Positions 49,470 through 60,730 are shown, counted from the stretch's first letter. The stretch is 64,000 nucleotides of DNA from an uncultured Chloroflexia bacterium (GCA_963738685.1 CAVTXK010000001.1:924007-988006), one strand, 5' to 3'. The notes: generated from the sequence alone by a model not told the origin. Made by a program: numbers and translations.

Positions 49470-50665
49470 CCTCGCCCGGACTCGATGCCCTGCTCCCAGC
49501 CGCCGAGGCGATCCTCCCCGAGGTCGTCGAGGTGCGCCGGCGGATCCACCGACGACCGGAGATCGGGCTCCAGCTGCCCGAGACGCAGGCCGTGGTGGCC
49601 GAGGCGCTCCGGGGTCTGGGGCTGGAACCGCGGCTCGGTGGCACGACCACATCGGTGACCGCCATCATCGACGGCGCCCGACCCGGCCCGACGATCCTGT
49701 TGCGGGCCGACATGGATGCGTTGCCGCTCCAGGAGGATACCGGGCTCGACTTCGCGTCGGAGACCGACGGCATCATGCACGCCTGTGGCCACGACACCCA
49801 TGTCGCGATGCTGCTCGGTTCGACGCGGCTCCTCGTGGAGCGACGGGGCGAGCTCGCGGGCAAGGTCCTCCTGATGTTCCAGCCCGGCGAGGAGGGCTTC
49901 CACGGGGCTCGCTACATGCTCGACGAGGGCCTGCTCGACGGCGGCGGCGTGAAGCGTGCCGTCGCGCTCCACATCTCGACGTTGTACGCGGCCGGGACGA
50001 TCGCGTTACGCGGCGGGGCGATGCTCGCGTCCGCGGACATGATCCTGGGCACGGTCCGGGGGCGGGGCGGCCATGCCTCCATGCCACACAAGTCGTTGGA
50101 TCCGATCACAGCGACCGCCCAGCTGGTCCTCGCGCTCCAGACCGCGGTGACCCGCAGCATCGACGTGTTCGATCCGGCGGTCCTGACGATCACGAAGGTC
50201 GCGGGCGGGACGACGAACAACATCATCCCCGAGACCGTCGAGGTGCAGGGCACGATCCGGACCGTTTCACCCGGGACGCGGGAGGCGATGCGGGCGCTCG
50301 TCGGGCAGGTCGCCCGCGGGGTGGCGGCGACGACCGGCGCCACGATCGACCTCGAGATCGTGCCGGGCTACCCGGTAACGATGAACGACCCCCAGGTCGC
50401 CGCCTGGGTCCGATCCCTGGCGGCAGCGCTTGCCGGCGAGGAGGCCCTGCACGACATGGCCGCCCCGGTCATGGGCGCCGAGGACTTCTCCTACGTCATC
50501 GAACGCGTGCCCGGGATGATGGCCTTCCTCGGAGCCCGACCCGCGTCAGAGGATCCGGCGACGGCGCCCCAGAACCACTCGACCCACGTGGTCTTTGACG
50601 AGCCGTCGATGGCCCTGGGCGTCGCCTTGTACGCGGCGGCTGCGCTGGACTTCCTCGGCGCGTAG
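49466..50665 (+). CDS. M20 family amidohydrolase/peptidase (N-acyl-amino acid amidohydrolase-like)
   Basis: IHRRPEIGLQ, LRADMDALP, MHACGHDTH, FQPGEEG, GRGGHASMPH. Completely intact, starting 4 nt inside the end of pmbA. Confidence 0.9.
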   Translation: MTSPGLDALLPAAEAILPEVVEVRRRIHRRPEIGLQLPETQAVVAEALRGLGLEPRLGGTTTSVTAIIDGARPGPTILLRADMDALPLQEDTGLDFASETDGIMHACGHDTHVAMLLGSTRLLVERRGELAGKVLLMFQPGEEGFHGARYMLDEGLLDGGGVKRAVALHISTLYAAGTIALRGGAMLASADMILGTVRGRGGHASMPHKSLDPITATAQLVLALQTAVTRSIDVFDPAVLTITKVAGGTTNNIIPETVEVQGTIRTVSPGTREAMRALVGQVARGVAATTGATIDLEIVPGYPVTMNDPQVAAWVRSLAAALAGEEALHDMAAPVMGAEDFSYVIERVPGMMAFLGARPASEDPATAPQNHSTHVVFDEPSMALGVALYAAAALDFLGA

Positions 50666-50715
50666 CTGACGGAAGCCGTCCACGCACCATCATGCGGTGC
50701 CGGCCGTCGCCAGGG

Positions 50716-51126
50716 TTACTCGCCGAGACTCCGTACGTGCTCGGCGTCGTGGTCGATAGCGACCTGGAGCAGACCGGCGACGTCGAGGCGGCCGTAGACA
50801 TCGTGGTTCCCGGCTCTGGCCCAGCCCGCATCGTCGAGGGCGATGACCGTGGCGACCGTCCGGGCGCGCTCGTGCGTGAAGGCGGCGAGGACCGTCTCGA
50901 ACGCGGCGCCCTCGAAGTCCGGGGCAAGTCCTGGCTCCTGTGGCGACCAGCGCGGCTCGGACTCGGACTCGGACTCGAGGGTCGCCAACCGGGCCTGCCA
51001 GACGGACCGCTCCACGGCGATCAGGTGGCTAACGATCTCGGCCGGGGTCCACTCGTCGGGCGGCGTCGGGTCGGCGAGACGGGCGGCGGCACCCAGGCGA
51101 TCCGGAAGCGAGGCGAAGCGCTCCAC
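50716..51126 (-). CDS. DinB family protein
   Basis: WTPAEIVSHLIAVE...WQARL... and C-terminal DHDAEHVRSL, with typical DinB His-triad spacing. Confidence 0.7.
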   Translation of the reverse strand: MERFASLPDRLGAAARLADPTPPDEWTPAEIVSHLIAVERSVWQARLATLESESESEPRWSPQEPGLAPDFEGAAFETVLAAFTHERARTVATVIALDDAGWARAGNHDVYGRLDVAGLLQVAIDHDAEHVRSLGE

Positions 51127-51168
51127 CAGCGACGGCGCGGTCGACGGGCAGCCCGTCCGAACCCGTCA

Positions 51169-52044
51169 TCAGGCCGCCCGCACCGCGAGCTTGTCGAGGA
51201 AGGCGTGCCGCCACCGCTCCGTCACATCGACCGCGTTGAACGTGTACAGGTGCAGGTCGACGATGCCGCTGGCCGGATCCGCGATGACCGGGGCGAGGCC
51301 CTCCAGGAGGCCGTCCGGCCGGTAGAACCCGCCCGAGCGGATGAGTCGGACGATGAACTGGGTGTTCTTGACGAGGAACCGGTGCGTGTCGGCGACGCCG
51401 ATCCGTGCACTGATCGCGAGCAGTTTCTGCGGCTCGGCGACACCGGGCAGCCCGACATGGACCGGCAGCGTGATCCCCTCGGCCCGACGCTCGCCCAGCC
51501 ACGACCGGATCGCGGCCGGGTCGAAGCACAGCTGGGTCGTCATGTAGCTCGCGAACGCCGCCTTCGCGCGGAGCGCTTCGAGCAGCGGCCCATCGGCGAT
51601 GAACGCGTGGCCCTGCGGGTAGCACGGGATCCCGATCTCGGACAGCGGGTGGCCGATGTCGGCCATCTCCCGGAGCAGCGACAGGCCGTCCGGGAAGTCG
51701 CCCGGCTCCTTGGCGTCGCCACCGACGACGAACGCCCGATCCACACCGGCGCCCTCCAGCCAGGCGATCAGCTCGGAGAGGTGGGCGCGGTCGCGGATCA
51801 TCCTGGCCGACAGGTGCGGGACGGCGCGGAAGCCGAGCCCCTGCAGCTGCTCGCACAACGCGACGGTCGCCTCGATGCCCTTGGCCGGCGACGCGGTCAC
51901 CGACACGGTCGCGCCCGCGGGCAGGAACGCCGCCTGCTCCAGCGCGTTCTTGAGCGGCACGAGCTCGAACGTCGGGGCCTGCAGCACCCGGCCGAGCGCG
52001 GCGGACTGCGCCAGGGTCAGCGAGGATCGGCGGCGGAACAGCAC
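51169..52044 (-). CDS. metF: methylenetetrahydrofolate reductase family protein
   Basis: FELVPLKN..., VPHLSARM, FVVGGD, GIPCYPQGHAF, TQLCFD, HLYTFN. GTG 52044 lies 4 nt after the mttB-family stop. Confidence 0.85.
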   Translation of the reverse strand: MLFRRRSSLTLAQSAALGRVLQAPTFELVPLKNALEQAAFLPAGATVSVTASPAKGIEATVALCEQLQGLGFRAVPHLSARMIRDRAHLSELIAWLEGAGVDRAFVVGGDAKEPGDFPDGLSLLREMADIGHPLSEIGIPCYPQGHAFIADGPLLEALRAKAAFASYMTTQLCFDPAAIRSWLGERRAEGITLPVHVGLPGVAEPQKLLAISARIGVADTHRFLVKNTQFIVRLIRSGGFYRPDGLLEGLAPVIADPASGIVDLHLYTFNAVDVTERWRHAFLDKLAVRAA

Positions 52045-52048
52045 GGCG

Positions 52049-53590
52049 TCAGACCTCGGAGTCCGGCATCGACGCCTTGCGCCGGATGATGAACTCGAGC
52101 AGCGCCTCGTCGATCGCCTGGTCGAGCGGCGGCGCCTCGTACTCGCGCAGCATCCGCTTCCAGATCGCGTTCGCGCGCTGCGCGGCGTCGAGCGAGCCGT
52201 CCTCCTGCCACTGCTCGAAGCTGTTGTTGTCGGCGATCTCGCTGCGGTAGAACGCGGTCTCGAAGTTGGCCAGCGTGTGGGCCGTGCCCAGGAAGTGCTG
52301 CCCCGGCCCGTTCGAGCGGATCGCGTCGAGCGCCTGGCCGTTCTCGGACAGGTCGACGCCCTTGACGAACACGGCCATCATCCCGCACTGGTCCGCGTCG
52401 AGGATGAACTTCTCGTACCCGATGGCGAGCCCGCCCTCCAGCCAGCCGGCCGCGTGGAGCACGAAGTTGACGCCACCGAGCACGGTCGGCTGGAGGGTCG
52501 CGGCGCTCTCGTAGGCGGCCTGCGCGTCGGCGATCTTGGAGGCGCACAGCGAGCCGCCGGAGCGGAACGGAACGCCGAGCCGCCGCGCCAGGGACGCCAT
52601 GACGTAGAGCACGAGGGCGGGCTCCGGGGTCCCGAACGTCGGCGCACCCGACTGCATCGACATCGAGGACGCGAACGAGCCGAGGACGACCGGCGCGCCC
52701 GGTCGGACGAGCTGCACGAAGGTCATGCCGGCGAGCGACTCCGCCAGGGTCTGGGCGGCCACACCGGCCGCGGTGACCGGCGCCATCGCGCCGGCGAGGA
52801 TGAACGGCGTCATGAGCGTCGCCTGGTTCGCCTCGGCGTACGCGCGGGCCGCCCCGAGCATCGTCGAGTCCCAGACCAGCGGCGAGTTCGCGTTGATCAG
52901 GCTGAGGATCACGCAGTGGTCCTCGAGGTAGTCCGCGCCGAACGTGAGCCGGGCCATCTCGACGGTGTCGCGCGCCCGCTCCGGTGCGGTCACCGAGCCC
53001 ATGAACGGCTTGTCGCTGTAGCGGATGTGCGCATAGACCATGTCGAGGTGGCGCTTGTTGACCGGCACGTCGACCGGCTCGCAGACCGTCCCGCCGCTGT
53101 GGTGCAGGTGCGGGCTCAGGTACGCGAGCTTCACGAAGTTGCGGAAGTCCTCGATCGTGCCGTAGCGCCGGCCGTCGTCGAGGTCGCGCACGAACGGCGA
53201 GCCGTAGTTCGGGGCGAAGACCGTGTGCATCCCGCCGATCTCGACGTTGTTCGCTTCGTTCCGGGCGTACTGCGTGAACTGACGCGGGGCGGTCGCCTGG
53301 ACGATCTGGCGGCACATCCCGCGCGGGAAGCGGACCCGCTCGCCGTCGACGTCGGCGCCGGCATCGCGCAGCAGCCGAAGCGCATCGGCGTCGCCGCGGA
53401 ATTCGATGCCGACCTCCTCGAGGATCGTGTCGGCGTTGTGCTCGATGATCGACAGCCCTTCCTCGCCGAGGACCTCGAACGGCGCGAGCGTGCGGGTCAG
53501 GTACGGCAGCCGCTCCACCTGGTGGCTCAGGCGAACCGCGCGCCGGCCCTCGCGGCCACCGGAGCGGCGGTTGCCCATCGTCTCGGTCAT
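52049..53590 (-). CDS. trimethylamine methyltransferase (MttB) superfamily protein, non-pyrrolysine type (513 aa)
   Basis: Last 513 codons of ORF 52049..55726: LSIIEHNADTILEEVGIEF, GTIEDFRNFVKLA, GGTVCEPVDV, INANSPLVWD, LAGAMAPVTAAG, FILDADQCG, QHFLGTAHT. No in-frame TAG. ATGA overlap with the activase stop. Confidence 0.9.
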   Translation of the reverse strand: MTETMGNRRSGGREGRRAVRLSHQVERLPYLTRTLAPFEVLGEEGLSIIEHNADTILEEVGIEFRGDADALRLLRDAGADVDGERVRFPRGMCRQIVQATAPRQFTQYARNEANNVEIGGMHTVFAPNYGSPFVRDLDDGRRYGTIEDFRNFVKLAYLSPHLHHSGGTVCEPVDVPVNKRHLDMVYAHIRYSDKPFMGSVTAPERARDTVEMARLTFGADYLEDHCVILSLINANSPLVWDSTMLGAARAYAEANQATLMTPFILAGAMAPVTAAGVAAQTLAESLAGMTFVQLVRPGAPVVLGSFASSMSMQSGAPTFGTPEPALVLYVMASLARRLGVPFRSGGSLCASKIADAQAAYESAATLQPTVLGGVNFVLHAAGWLEGGLAIGYEKFILDADQCGMMAVFVKGVDLSENGQALDAIRSNGPGQHFLGTAHTLANFETAFYRSEIADNNSFEQWQEDGSLDAAQRANAIWKRMLREYEAPPLDQAIDEALLEFIIRRKASMPDSEV

Positions 53591-55726
53591 CGGTCGTCTC
53601 CGGTTCCGGTCGTGGCAGGGGTGGGCGTGTCGGGGCCGGTCGCGGCACGCCGGCGGCGCCGTTCGGCTCTGGCGTCTCCGCCCCGGTCGGCGGTCACGGG
53701 ACGCGCCGGCAGCGTCACGACCCGCTCCAGGTTGGGGTTGGTGGCCGTTCGGTGCGGGATGGCCATCGCCTCGATGAAGTGCTCCTGGAAGCGCGGCTCG
53801 ACCGCCGTCTCGATCTTCTCGACGCGGCGGACGACGCGCTCGATCTCGCGCCGGGCCGCACCGGACAGCAGGGCGATGAGCGCGCCCGTCCCGGCCGCGT
53901 TGCCGGCCGCCTTGACGCGGCTGAGGTCGCAGTCGGGGACGAGGCCAAGGACCATCGCGTGGAGCGGGTCGATCTGGCTGCCGAACGCCCCGGCCAGGCG
54001 GACCTCGTCGACGGCGTCGATGCACGAGCTGGTCCATGAGCAGCCGGACGCCGGCGTACAGCGCGGCCTTGGCGAGCTGGATGGCGCGCACGTCGTTCTG
54101 GGTCACGAGGATGCGCGGCCCATCGTCGGCCGGCTCGTGGAGGACGTAGCTGAACGTCCGGCCGTCGGCGACGACGCGCGGCGTGCGCGCCGCGACCTCG
54201 CCATCGATGACGCCGTCCGCGGTGATGACCCCGGCGAGATACAGCTCGGCGACGACCTCGATGATCCCCGAGCCGCAGATCCCGGTGACGCCGGTCCCGG
54301 CGGCGGCGACGGCCTCGGCGAACTCCGGCGCGTCCGACCAGGCATCGACGCCGATGACGCGGAACCGCGGCTCGAGCGTGTCGCGGTCGATGCGCACGCG
54401 CTCGATGGCCCCGGGCGCGGCACGCTGGCCCGAGCTGATCTGGGCGCCCTCGAACGCCGGGCCGGTCGGGCTGCTGGCGGCCAGCAGGCGGTTCCGGTCG
54501 CCCAGCACGATCTCGGCGTTCGTGCCGACATCGACGACGAGCGTCATCGCCTCGGCCAGGTGCGGCTCCTCGGCGAGGATCACCCCGGCCGTGTCCGCGC
54601 CGACGTGGCCGGCGATGCAGGGCAGGACGTAGACCCGGGCGCCGGGATGAGCCCGGACGCCGAGCTCCGTGGCGGTCAGCTCGACCGCCGTGTCGGTCGC
54701 GAGCGCGAACGGCGCCGAGCCGAGCGGCGTCGGATCGATGCCGAGCAGGAGGTGATGCATGATCGGGTTGCCGACGATCGCCAGCTCGAGGATCTCGGCG
54801 CGCTTGATGCCGGCCTTGTTCGCGAGCGTCGCGAGCAGCCCGTCGAGCGCCTTGCGCACCGCGGCCGTCAGCTCCACGTCGCCGCCGTCGTGCATCATCA
54901 CGTACGAGACCCGGCTCATCAGGTCCTCGCCGAAGCGGATCTGCGGGTTCATCACCCCGGCGCTCGCGAGGATCGTGCCGTCGGCCAGGTTCGCGAGGTG
55001 GCCGGCGATCGTCGTGGAGCCGACGTCGATGGCGACGCCGAACGCCCGATCGTGGAAGCCCGGCCAGACGGCGATGACGTCGCGGCCGCCGTGGACCGCG
55101 ACGGTGACGCGGTAGCTCCCCGCGGTGAGCGCCGGCTGGAGGGCCCGGACGACCGCGAGGTCCGCCCGCAGGTCGTCGAGACCCCACTCCGCCCGAAGCG
55201 CGTCGAACAGCCGCCCGAGGTCGCCGGTCGGCGTGGCAAGATCGGGTTCCGTCACGTCCACCGTGTGCAGCCGCACGACCGGGTCCAGCGTGAACGCCCG
55301 GGCGGCGAGGTCCTTGCGGACGACCTGGCGGTGGACCTGGCTCTCGGGCGGGACGTCGATGACGGCGTCGCCGAGCAGCTGCGCGGTGCACGACAGGCGA
55401 CGGTCCGCCGCGAGCCCGTGCTCCGCGCGGTAGGCCGCCTCGACCTCGCCCGGCGGCGACAGGTGATCCGGAGCGGACGTGATGCCGTGCTTGGCGAACG
55501 ACCCGAATGCCGGCACGACCGCGCATCGCCCGCAGATCCCGCGCCCACCGCAGACCGAATCGATGTCGACGCCGAGCGACCGCGCCGCGTCGAGCACGGT
55601 CGTGCCCGCGGGCACGCGACCGCGCCGCCCGGACGGCGTGAAGATGATCTGCGGATCGGCCGTGGTCGCGCCGTCGTTCACGGGCGGACCGTCAGTCGCG
55701 AGACGCGACGTCGACCGCGGGCGCAT
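53587..55726 (-). pseudogene. RamA-like corrinoid reductive activase (2Fe-2S ferredoxin plus ASKHA ATPase), one +1 frameshift near 54030
   Basis: SVCGGRGICGRC ferredoxin motif. AIDVGSTTIAGHL, VVDVGTNAEIVLG, GICGSG in ORF 52049..55726. C-terminus ...IDAVDEVRLAGAFGSQIDPLHAMVLGLVPD...AAGNAAGTGA in ORF 53587..53955. Start is ATG 55726 or GTG 55681. Confidence 0.85.
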
Positions 55727-56642
55727 CCACGGCCGGCACGTCCAGACCGGGCACGTCGACGCCCGGGACGTCGGCGGAGAAGACCGTCACGCCCGGGATC
55801 CCGGCGGGCGCAGCGCCGCGGCGGCGATTGACCCGACGACCGCCCGCCTCGCCGTCCGGCGGCGACACGCGGAACTGGCGGATCCAGCGCGCCGCGTCCT
55901 GGTCGTTGCCCATGAGCACGTCGCTGGCCATGACCGCGTGCTTCACGCCCTCGGCGACCGGGTTCGTGATCGCGGACGTCAGCCCGGAGGCGATGGCCAT
56001 GCTCAGGAACGCGCCGTTGATGCCCTCGCGGTTGGGCAGACCGAAGCTGACGTTGGACGCCCCGCAGGTCGAGTTGACGTGGAGCTCGTCGCGCAGTCGG
56101 CCGAGGATGCGGAAGACCTGGCGGCCGGCGCCGCTGAGCGCCCCGATCGGCATGAGCAGCGGGTCGACGATGATGTCCTCGCGCGGGATGCCGTGGTCGG
56201 CGGCACGCTCGACGATGCGCTTCGCGACCGCGAACCGGACGTCGGGGTCCATCGAGATGCCGGTCTCGTCGTTGCTGATGGCGACGACCGCGCAGCCGTA
56301 CTTCTTGACCAGCGGCAGGACGCGCTCGAGCCGCTCCTCCTCGCCGGTGACGCTGTTGAGCAGCGCCTTGCCCTGGTAGACGGCGAGACCCGCCTCGAGC
56401 GCCTCGACGATCGACGAATCGATCGACAGCGGCACGTCGGTCAGCGACTGGACGAGCTGGATGGTCTTCGCCAGGATCGCCGGCTCGTCGGCCAGCGGGA
56501 TGCCGGCGTTGACGTCGAGCATGTGGGCGCCGGCCTCGACCTGGGCGATCGTGTCGCGCTCGACCCGGCTGAAGTCGCCGGCCTTCATCTCCTCGGCCAG
56601 GAGCTTGCGGCCGGTCGGGTTGATGCGCTCGCCGATGATCAC
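55692..56642 (-). CDS. pterin-binding methyltetrahydrofolate:corrinoid methyltransferase (MeTr/MtgA-like)
   Basis: Starts M-IIGERINPTGRK like AcsE-type MeTr. AGAHMLDVNAG, LSIDSS, ALLNSV, IIVDPL, GASNVSFGLPNR. Confidence 0.85.
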   Translation of the reverse strand: MIIGERINPTGRKLLAEEMKAGDFSRVERDTIAQVEAGAHMLDVNAGIPLADEPAILAKTIQLVQSLTDVPLSIDSSIVEALEAGLAVYQGKALLNSVTGEEERLERVLPLVKKYGCAVVAISNDETGISMDPDVRFAVAKRIVERAADHGIPREDIIVDPLLMPIGALSGAGRQVFRILGRLRDELHVNSTCGASNVSFGLPNREGINGAFLSMAIASGLTSAITNPVAEGVKHAVMASDVLMGNDQDAARWIRQFRVSPPDGEAGGRRVNRRRGAAPAGIPGVTVFSADVPGVDVPGLDVPAVDAPAVDVASRD

Positions 56643-56702
56643 GAACGGCTGGTCGTCGCCGATGACGACCTCGCGGGTCGCGGAGCTGACTGACGGTTCG
56701 GG

Positions 56703-57054
56703 TCACGCGCCCGGCGCCCTTGCCCTGGGTCTCGTCGTGGGCCGGGCGCGAAGACCGGCCGCCCTCGACGCCGCCGGACTGGATGAGCTGGGCCAGGCGG
56801 TGCTTGTCGTACTCGGCCTCGAGGCGCTCGACCTCGGCGGCGACCTCGGCGTCGACGTCGTCGCCGCAGCGCTTCTGGGTGCGCCGCCACTCCTCGATGT
56901 AGTCGTTGTAGGCGCGCTTGCCCGCCCGGCTGGCGGCCTTGTCGATGGCGACCTGGAAGCGCGGGTGGAGCACGATCTTGCTCTGCTTGCGACCCTCGCG
57001 GGCGGTGACCTGGGCCGGGATGTCGCGCCACCAGATGACGGTCATCGTCGCCAT
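56703..57054 (-). pseudogene. 'virulence factor' family small protein (PF13769-like), probable +1 frameshift near its 3' end
   Basis: MATMTVIWWRDIPAQVTAREGRKQSKIVLHPRFQVAIDKAASRAGKRAYNDYIEEWRR... As given, the ORF runs on to 55678 across MeTr. One extra base would put the TGA at 56703-56705 in frame. Confidence 0.55.
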
Positions 57055-57058
57055 GCGT

Positions 57059-57691
57059 TCAGTGCCCTCCGATGGTCAGCGGCGAGACCACGGTCGGTGC
57101 CGCCTCGCCGGCGGTGACGGCCGCGATCGTCGTGGCGAGCTCGCCGTAGCCGGTGTGCCGGCGCTCGAACGCGAGACCCAGCCGCCGCGCCGCCCGGCGG
57201 GCCGCCCGCACGAGGGCCGGATCGTCGGTCTGGGCGAGGTAGACGAGCCGGCGGTAGTTGCCGAAGTAGGCGTCGCGCAGCTCGGGATGACGGTCCAGCC
57301 CGAGGCCGGAGCACCAGGCGGTCGAAGTTGCGGGCCAGGAAGTCGGTCAGGTAGAACGTGCCCGGCTCCTGCGCGCTCGAGCGCTCGAAGGCCTCGCGGC
57401 CGGCGTAGAACTCGTAGCAGTGGGCGCCGGCGAGGCGCTCGACGCCCTCCTCCTCGATGACGTGGTCGAGGAGACCGCCGGTCCCGCAGTCGGCATAGGC
57501 CACGAAGACGCGGTCGTAGCCGGCGCGACGGCGGCGGATGCGGTCACGGACGGCGGCCGGGATCCCGCCGGGACGGTTGTGGAGCGTGGCCGGCAGGCAG
57601 GTGATGTCGACGTTGGGCAGGCCGCGGGTCAGCGCGACGAGCTCGCGCGCCAGCGCGCCGCAGCCGACGATCAGGACACGTGGTGCCGGCG

Positions 57692-57711
<20 letters not shown>
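57059..57711 (-). pseudogene. DUF1638 domain protein, +1 frameshift near 57310 (and probably one near the start)
   Basis: VLIVGCGALARELVAL...CLPATLHNRP...VFVAYADCGTGGLLD...HCYEFYAG...FYLTDFLARNFDRLV in ORF 57042..58457. It then continues as GLGLDRHPELRDAYFGNYRRLVYLAQTDD... to the TGA at 57059-57061. Confidence 0.7.
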
Positions 57712-58393
<682 letters not shown>

Positions 58394-58447
58394 CGGTCGT
58401 GCTCCACGAGGTTGGCTCGTTGGTCGGTGGTCCTGTTGGCGATCGAG

Positions 58448-58466
58448 GGTTCCACATCGTGGAACC
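58448..58466. promoter_or_regulatory. candidate IclR operator: palindrome GGTTCCAC-ATC-GTGGAACC
   Basis: Perfect 8-bp arms with a 3-bp spacer in the 123-bp divergent region between the corrinoid operon and iclR. An extra half-site ATGGAACC lies at 58478-58485. Confidence 0.45.
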
Positions 58467-58516
58467 GTGCCGTATGATGGAACCCGCGACCGCGAATCTA
58501 GCCGACGAAGGGGTCC

Positions 58517-59268
58517 ATGTCCAGCGTCCAGTCCATCAGGCGGGCCTTCGCGGTGCTCGGAGTCCTCGGCGACGGCCCACTCGGCGTGACCGAGGTGGCC
58601 GACGCGGGCCGGCCTGCCCAAGTCGACGGCCGCGCGGCTGCTCGCGACGCTCGTCGGCGAAGGGGCGGTCGAGCAGGTGCCCGGCGACACCTCGTACCGA
58701 CTCGGCCCGCGGCTCATCGCGCTCGGCGGCGGGTTCAGCCTGGCACGCTCACTGACGGCCGTGGCGCGACCGATCCTGACCGGTCTGGCCGGCGCGTCCG
58801 GGGAGGCGGCCGGGCTCGGCGTCCCGGACGGCGACCTCGTCCACTACATCGACCAGGTCGACACCCCCAACCCGGTGCTGGTCCGCGACTGGACCGGGGC
58901 GCGGGCGCCGCTTGCATGCGGTGTCGTCGGGGCAGGTGCTGCTGGCGTTCCGGACCGCGGGCGCGATCGAGCGCTACCTGGCGGGGCCGCTCGAGCGATT
59001 CACGGCCCGCACCCTGGCGGACCCGGACGCCGTGCGCGAACGGCTTCGCGAGGTCCGTCGGCGCGGCTACGCGTGGGCGATCGAGGAGTTCGATCCGGGG
59101 ATCTCGTCGGTGGCGGCACCGATCGCCGACGGGTCCGGCGAGGTCGTCGCGGCGGTCCATGTCCACGGACCGTCGTACCGGTTCCCGGCCGCTGGATCGG
59201 AGGCGGACCTGGCACAGCTCGTCGTGGCCGCTGCCGCGCGGATCGCGGCTGGGTTGCGCGAGACCTGA
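58517..59268 (+). pseudogene. IclR family transcriptional regulator, two +1 frameshifts (about 58607 and 58910)
   Basis: MSSVQSIRRAFAVLGVLGDGPLGVTEVADA / GLPKSTAARLLATLVGEGAVEQ...YRLGPRLIALG...VHYIDQVD / LHAVSSGQVLLAF...RGYAWAIEEFDPGISSVAAPI. Pieces lie in ORFs 58517.., 58677.. and 58912..59268. Confidence 0.85.
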
Positions 59269-59314
59269 GCGGGCCACGCTGCCCTCGCGGCGTGGCCGGC
59301 GTCTGGCGCTCGGA

Positions 59315-59635
59315 TCAGTTCGGGGAGTTCGGTCCGACCGGCTCGAGGTCGATGGTCCGGACCTGGCGGGTCTTGCCCGCTTCCGTGCGAACGACGGCCT
59401 GCGGGATCACGCCCGCGACGAGCTTCTCGATGACGGCGGTCTCACCGGAATACAGGCCGGTGCCGGCGATACGGACTCGACCACCGACGGTCAGGCCGGT
59501 TCGGCCCTTGCCGGCGGTGAGGTCGATCGTCGCGACGGTGGGGCGCACATAGGGCGCATCGGTCGGGAGCCCGCTGGCGGGCGCGGGTCGATTGGCGGTC
59601 TTGGCGGGTGGATACGTGACTTTGCGTTTTCGCAC
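59315..59635 (-). CDS. small basic hypothetical protein (106 aa from GTG 59635)
   Basis: VRKRKVTYPPAKTANRP...GGRVRIAGTGLYSGETAVIEKLVAGVIPQAVVRTEAGKTRQVRTIDLEPV (KOW/SH3-like feel). An AGGAG lies 5 nt upstream of the GTG. Confidence 0.5.
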   Translation of the reverse strand: MRKRKVTYPPAKTANRPAPASGLPTDAPYVRPTVATIDLTAGKGRTGLTVGGRVRIAGTGLYSGETAVIEKLVAGVIPQAVVRTEAGKTRQVRTIDLEPVGPNSPN

Positions 59636-59744
59636 TGGCTCTCCTGTGGCGGATGGCGGCCTCGGGTCGAGGTGTGGCCGTGCGAACCATCGCACATCCG
59701 CGCAAGCGGGGCCCCGCCGGGCCGATCAGATCGTGCTGGAACGG

Positions 59745-60092
59745 TCACTCGGAGGCCGCGTCCTTGGCCTGCTTCTTGACCTTGGCGGCGCGGGCCTCGA
59801 CATCGGCTGCCATCGCGGCTGCCGCTTCTGCGGCCGACGCCTGGGCGTCGTCGAGGGCCGCCGTGACGGTTTCCGGACCCCGGCCATCGTCCTTCGAGCG
59901 GATCTCGGCGACCTGCTCGGCGGCACGGGCGCGGACATCGCGGGTCCGCTCGTCGATCTCGTCGCCGAGCGCCCCGAGCTTCTTGTCGACGCGGTACTGG
60001 TTGCGGAACCGCTCGCCGGCGCGAGACATGTACCAGGCCGCTGCCCCGGTCGCCACTGCGACACCGGTGATCACGCCACGGATGAAGCCCAT
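59745..60092 (-). CDS. YtxH domain protein
   Basis: MGFIRGVITGVAVATGAAAWYMS followed by a long charged helix. A strong GGGGAGGTGA Shine-Dalgarno sequence precedes ATG 60092. Confidence 0.75.
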   Translation of the reverse strand: MGFIRGVITGVAVATGAAAWYMSRAGERFRNQYRVDKKLGALGDEIDERTRDVRARAAEQVAEIRSKDDGRGPETVTAALDDAQASAAEAAAAMAADVEARAAKVKKQAKDAASE

Positions 60093-60153
60093 CGAGTCAC
60101 CTCCCCTGTCGTCGCGGACGCTCGGGTCTCGCGCGGGCCGAGTGTACCGCCCG

Positions 60154-60730
60154 TCAGTCCAGCCCGACCGCCGCGTCGCTGAGCCAGGCCGCCAGATAGG
60201 CCGCGAACGACGGGCGGACCAGCACGCGGAACGCCGGCTCCACGGCGGGTCCGACCGGCGTGATGATGACGTTCGCCCGGGCCAGCAGCGTCTGGACGCA
60301 CATCCCCGGCTTGAACCGCCGCTCGTCCAGATCGATCGAGCAGCCGAACGCGAGGAGGTCGCGCGCCCGCGGGCCGCTCACGGAGATCGTCGTCCGGTTC
60401 GCCGACACGTCGGTGACGGCACCGCGGCCCTCCCCGATGGCCGGCGCGGACCGCCGCCTCGAGCGTCGGGCCCGTGCCCGGCTCGCCGACGACCAGCCAC
60501 TCGTCCGGTCCGAGCCACAGGACGTGGCGTGTCCCGTCGGCGGAGATGACGGTCGTGTTGGGCTCGGTCGGCAGTCGAGCGCCGAGGGCCTCGCTCAGGC
60601 GAGCCATCAGGGCGGCGTCCGACGAGTCGGCACGCAGGTCGACCTGGGCGAGGAACGGCAGCTCGCGGACGCGCGCCGGCAGGAGTACCCCCTCGAGCGG
60701 CGCCCGCGCCCGGAGGCCCTTCGTGGTCAC
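60154..60730 (-). pseudogene. soxG: sarcosine oxidase gamma subunit, one +1 frameshift near 60420
   Basis: ORF 60071..60730 carries ...FLAQVDLRADSSD...HVLWLGPDEWLVVGEPG. ORF 60154..60408 carries VSANRTTISVSGPRARDLLAFGCSIDLD...FRVLVRPSFAAYLAAWL. GTGA overlap with the soxA stop. Confidence 0.8.

Noticed and set aside
52049-53590. Pyrrolysine (in-frame TAG) in the MttB-family methyltransferase
   Set aside because: The 513-codon reading frame is uninterrupted and no pyl genes are present. It is a non-Pyl member of the superfamily.
51656-55831. Very long ORFs antisense to well-supported genes (for example 51656..55831 + 1391 aa, 20325..22298 - 657 aa, 40395..42284 - 629 aa, 13119..14942 - 607 aa, 17715..19577 - 620 aa)
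   Set aside because: Their translations are dominated by Arg/Pro/Gly/Ala/Asp with no recognisable motifs. This is the expected stop-poor shadow of high-GC coding DNA. The opposite strand carries clear conserved proteins in each case.
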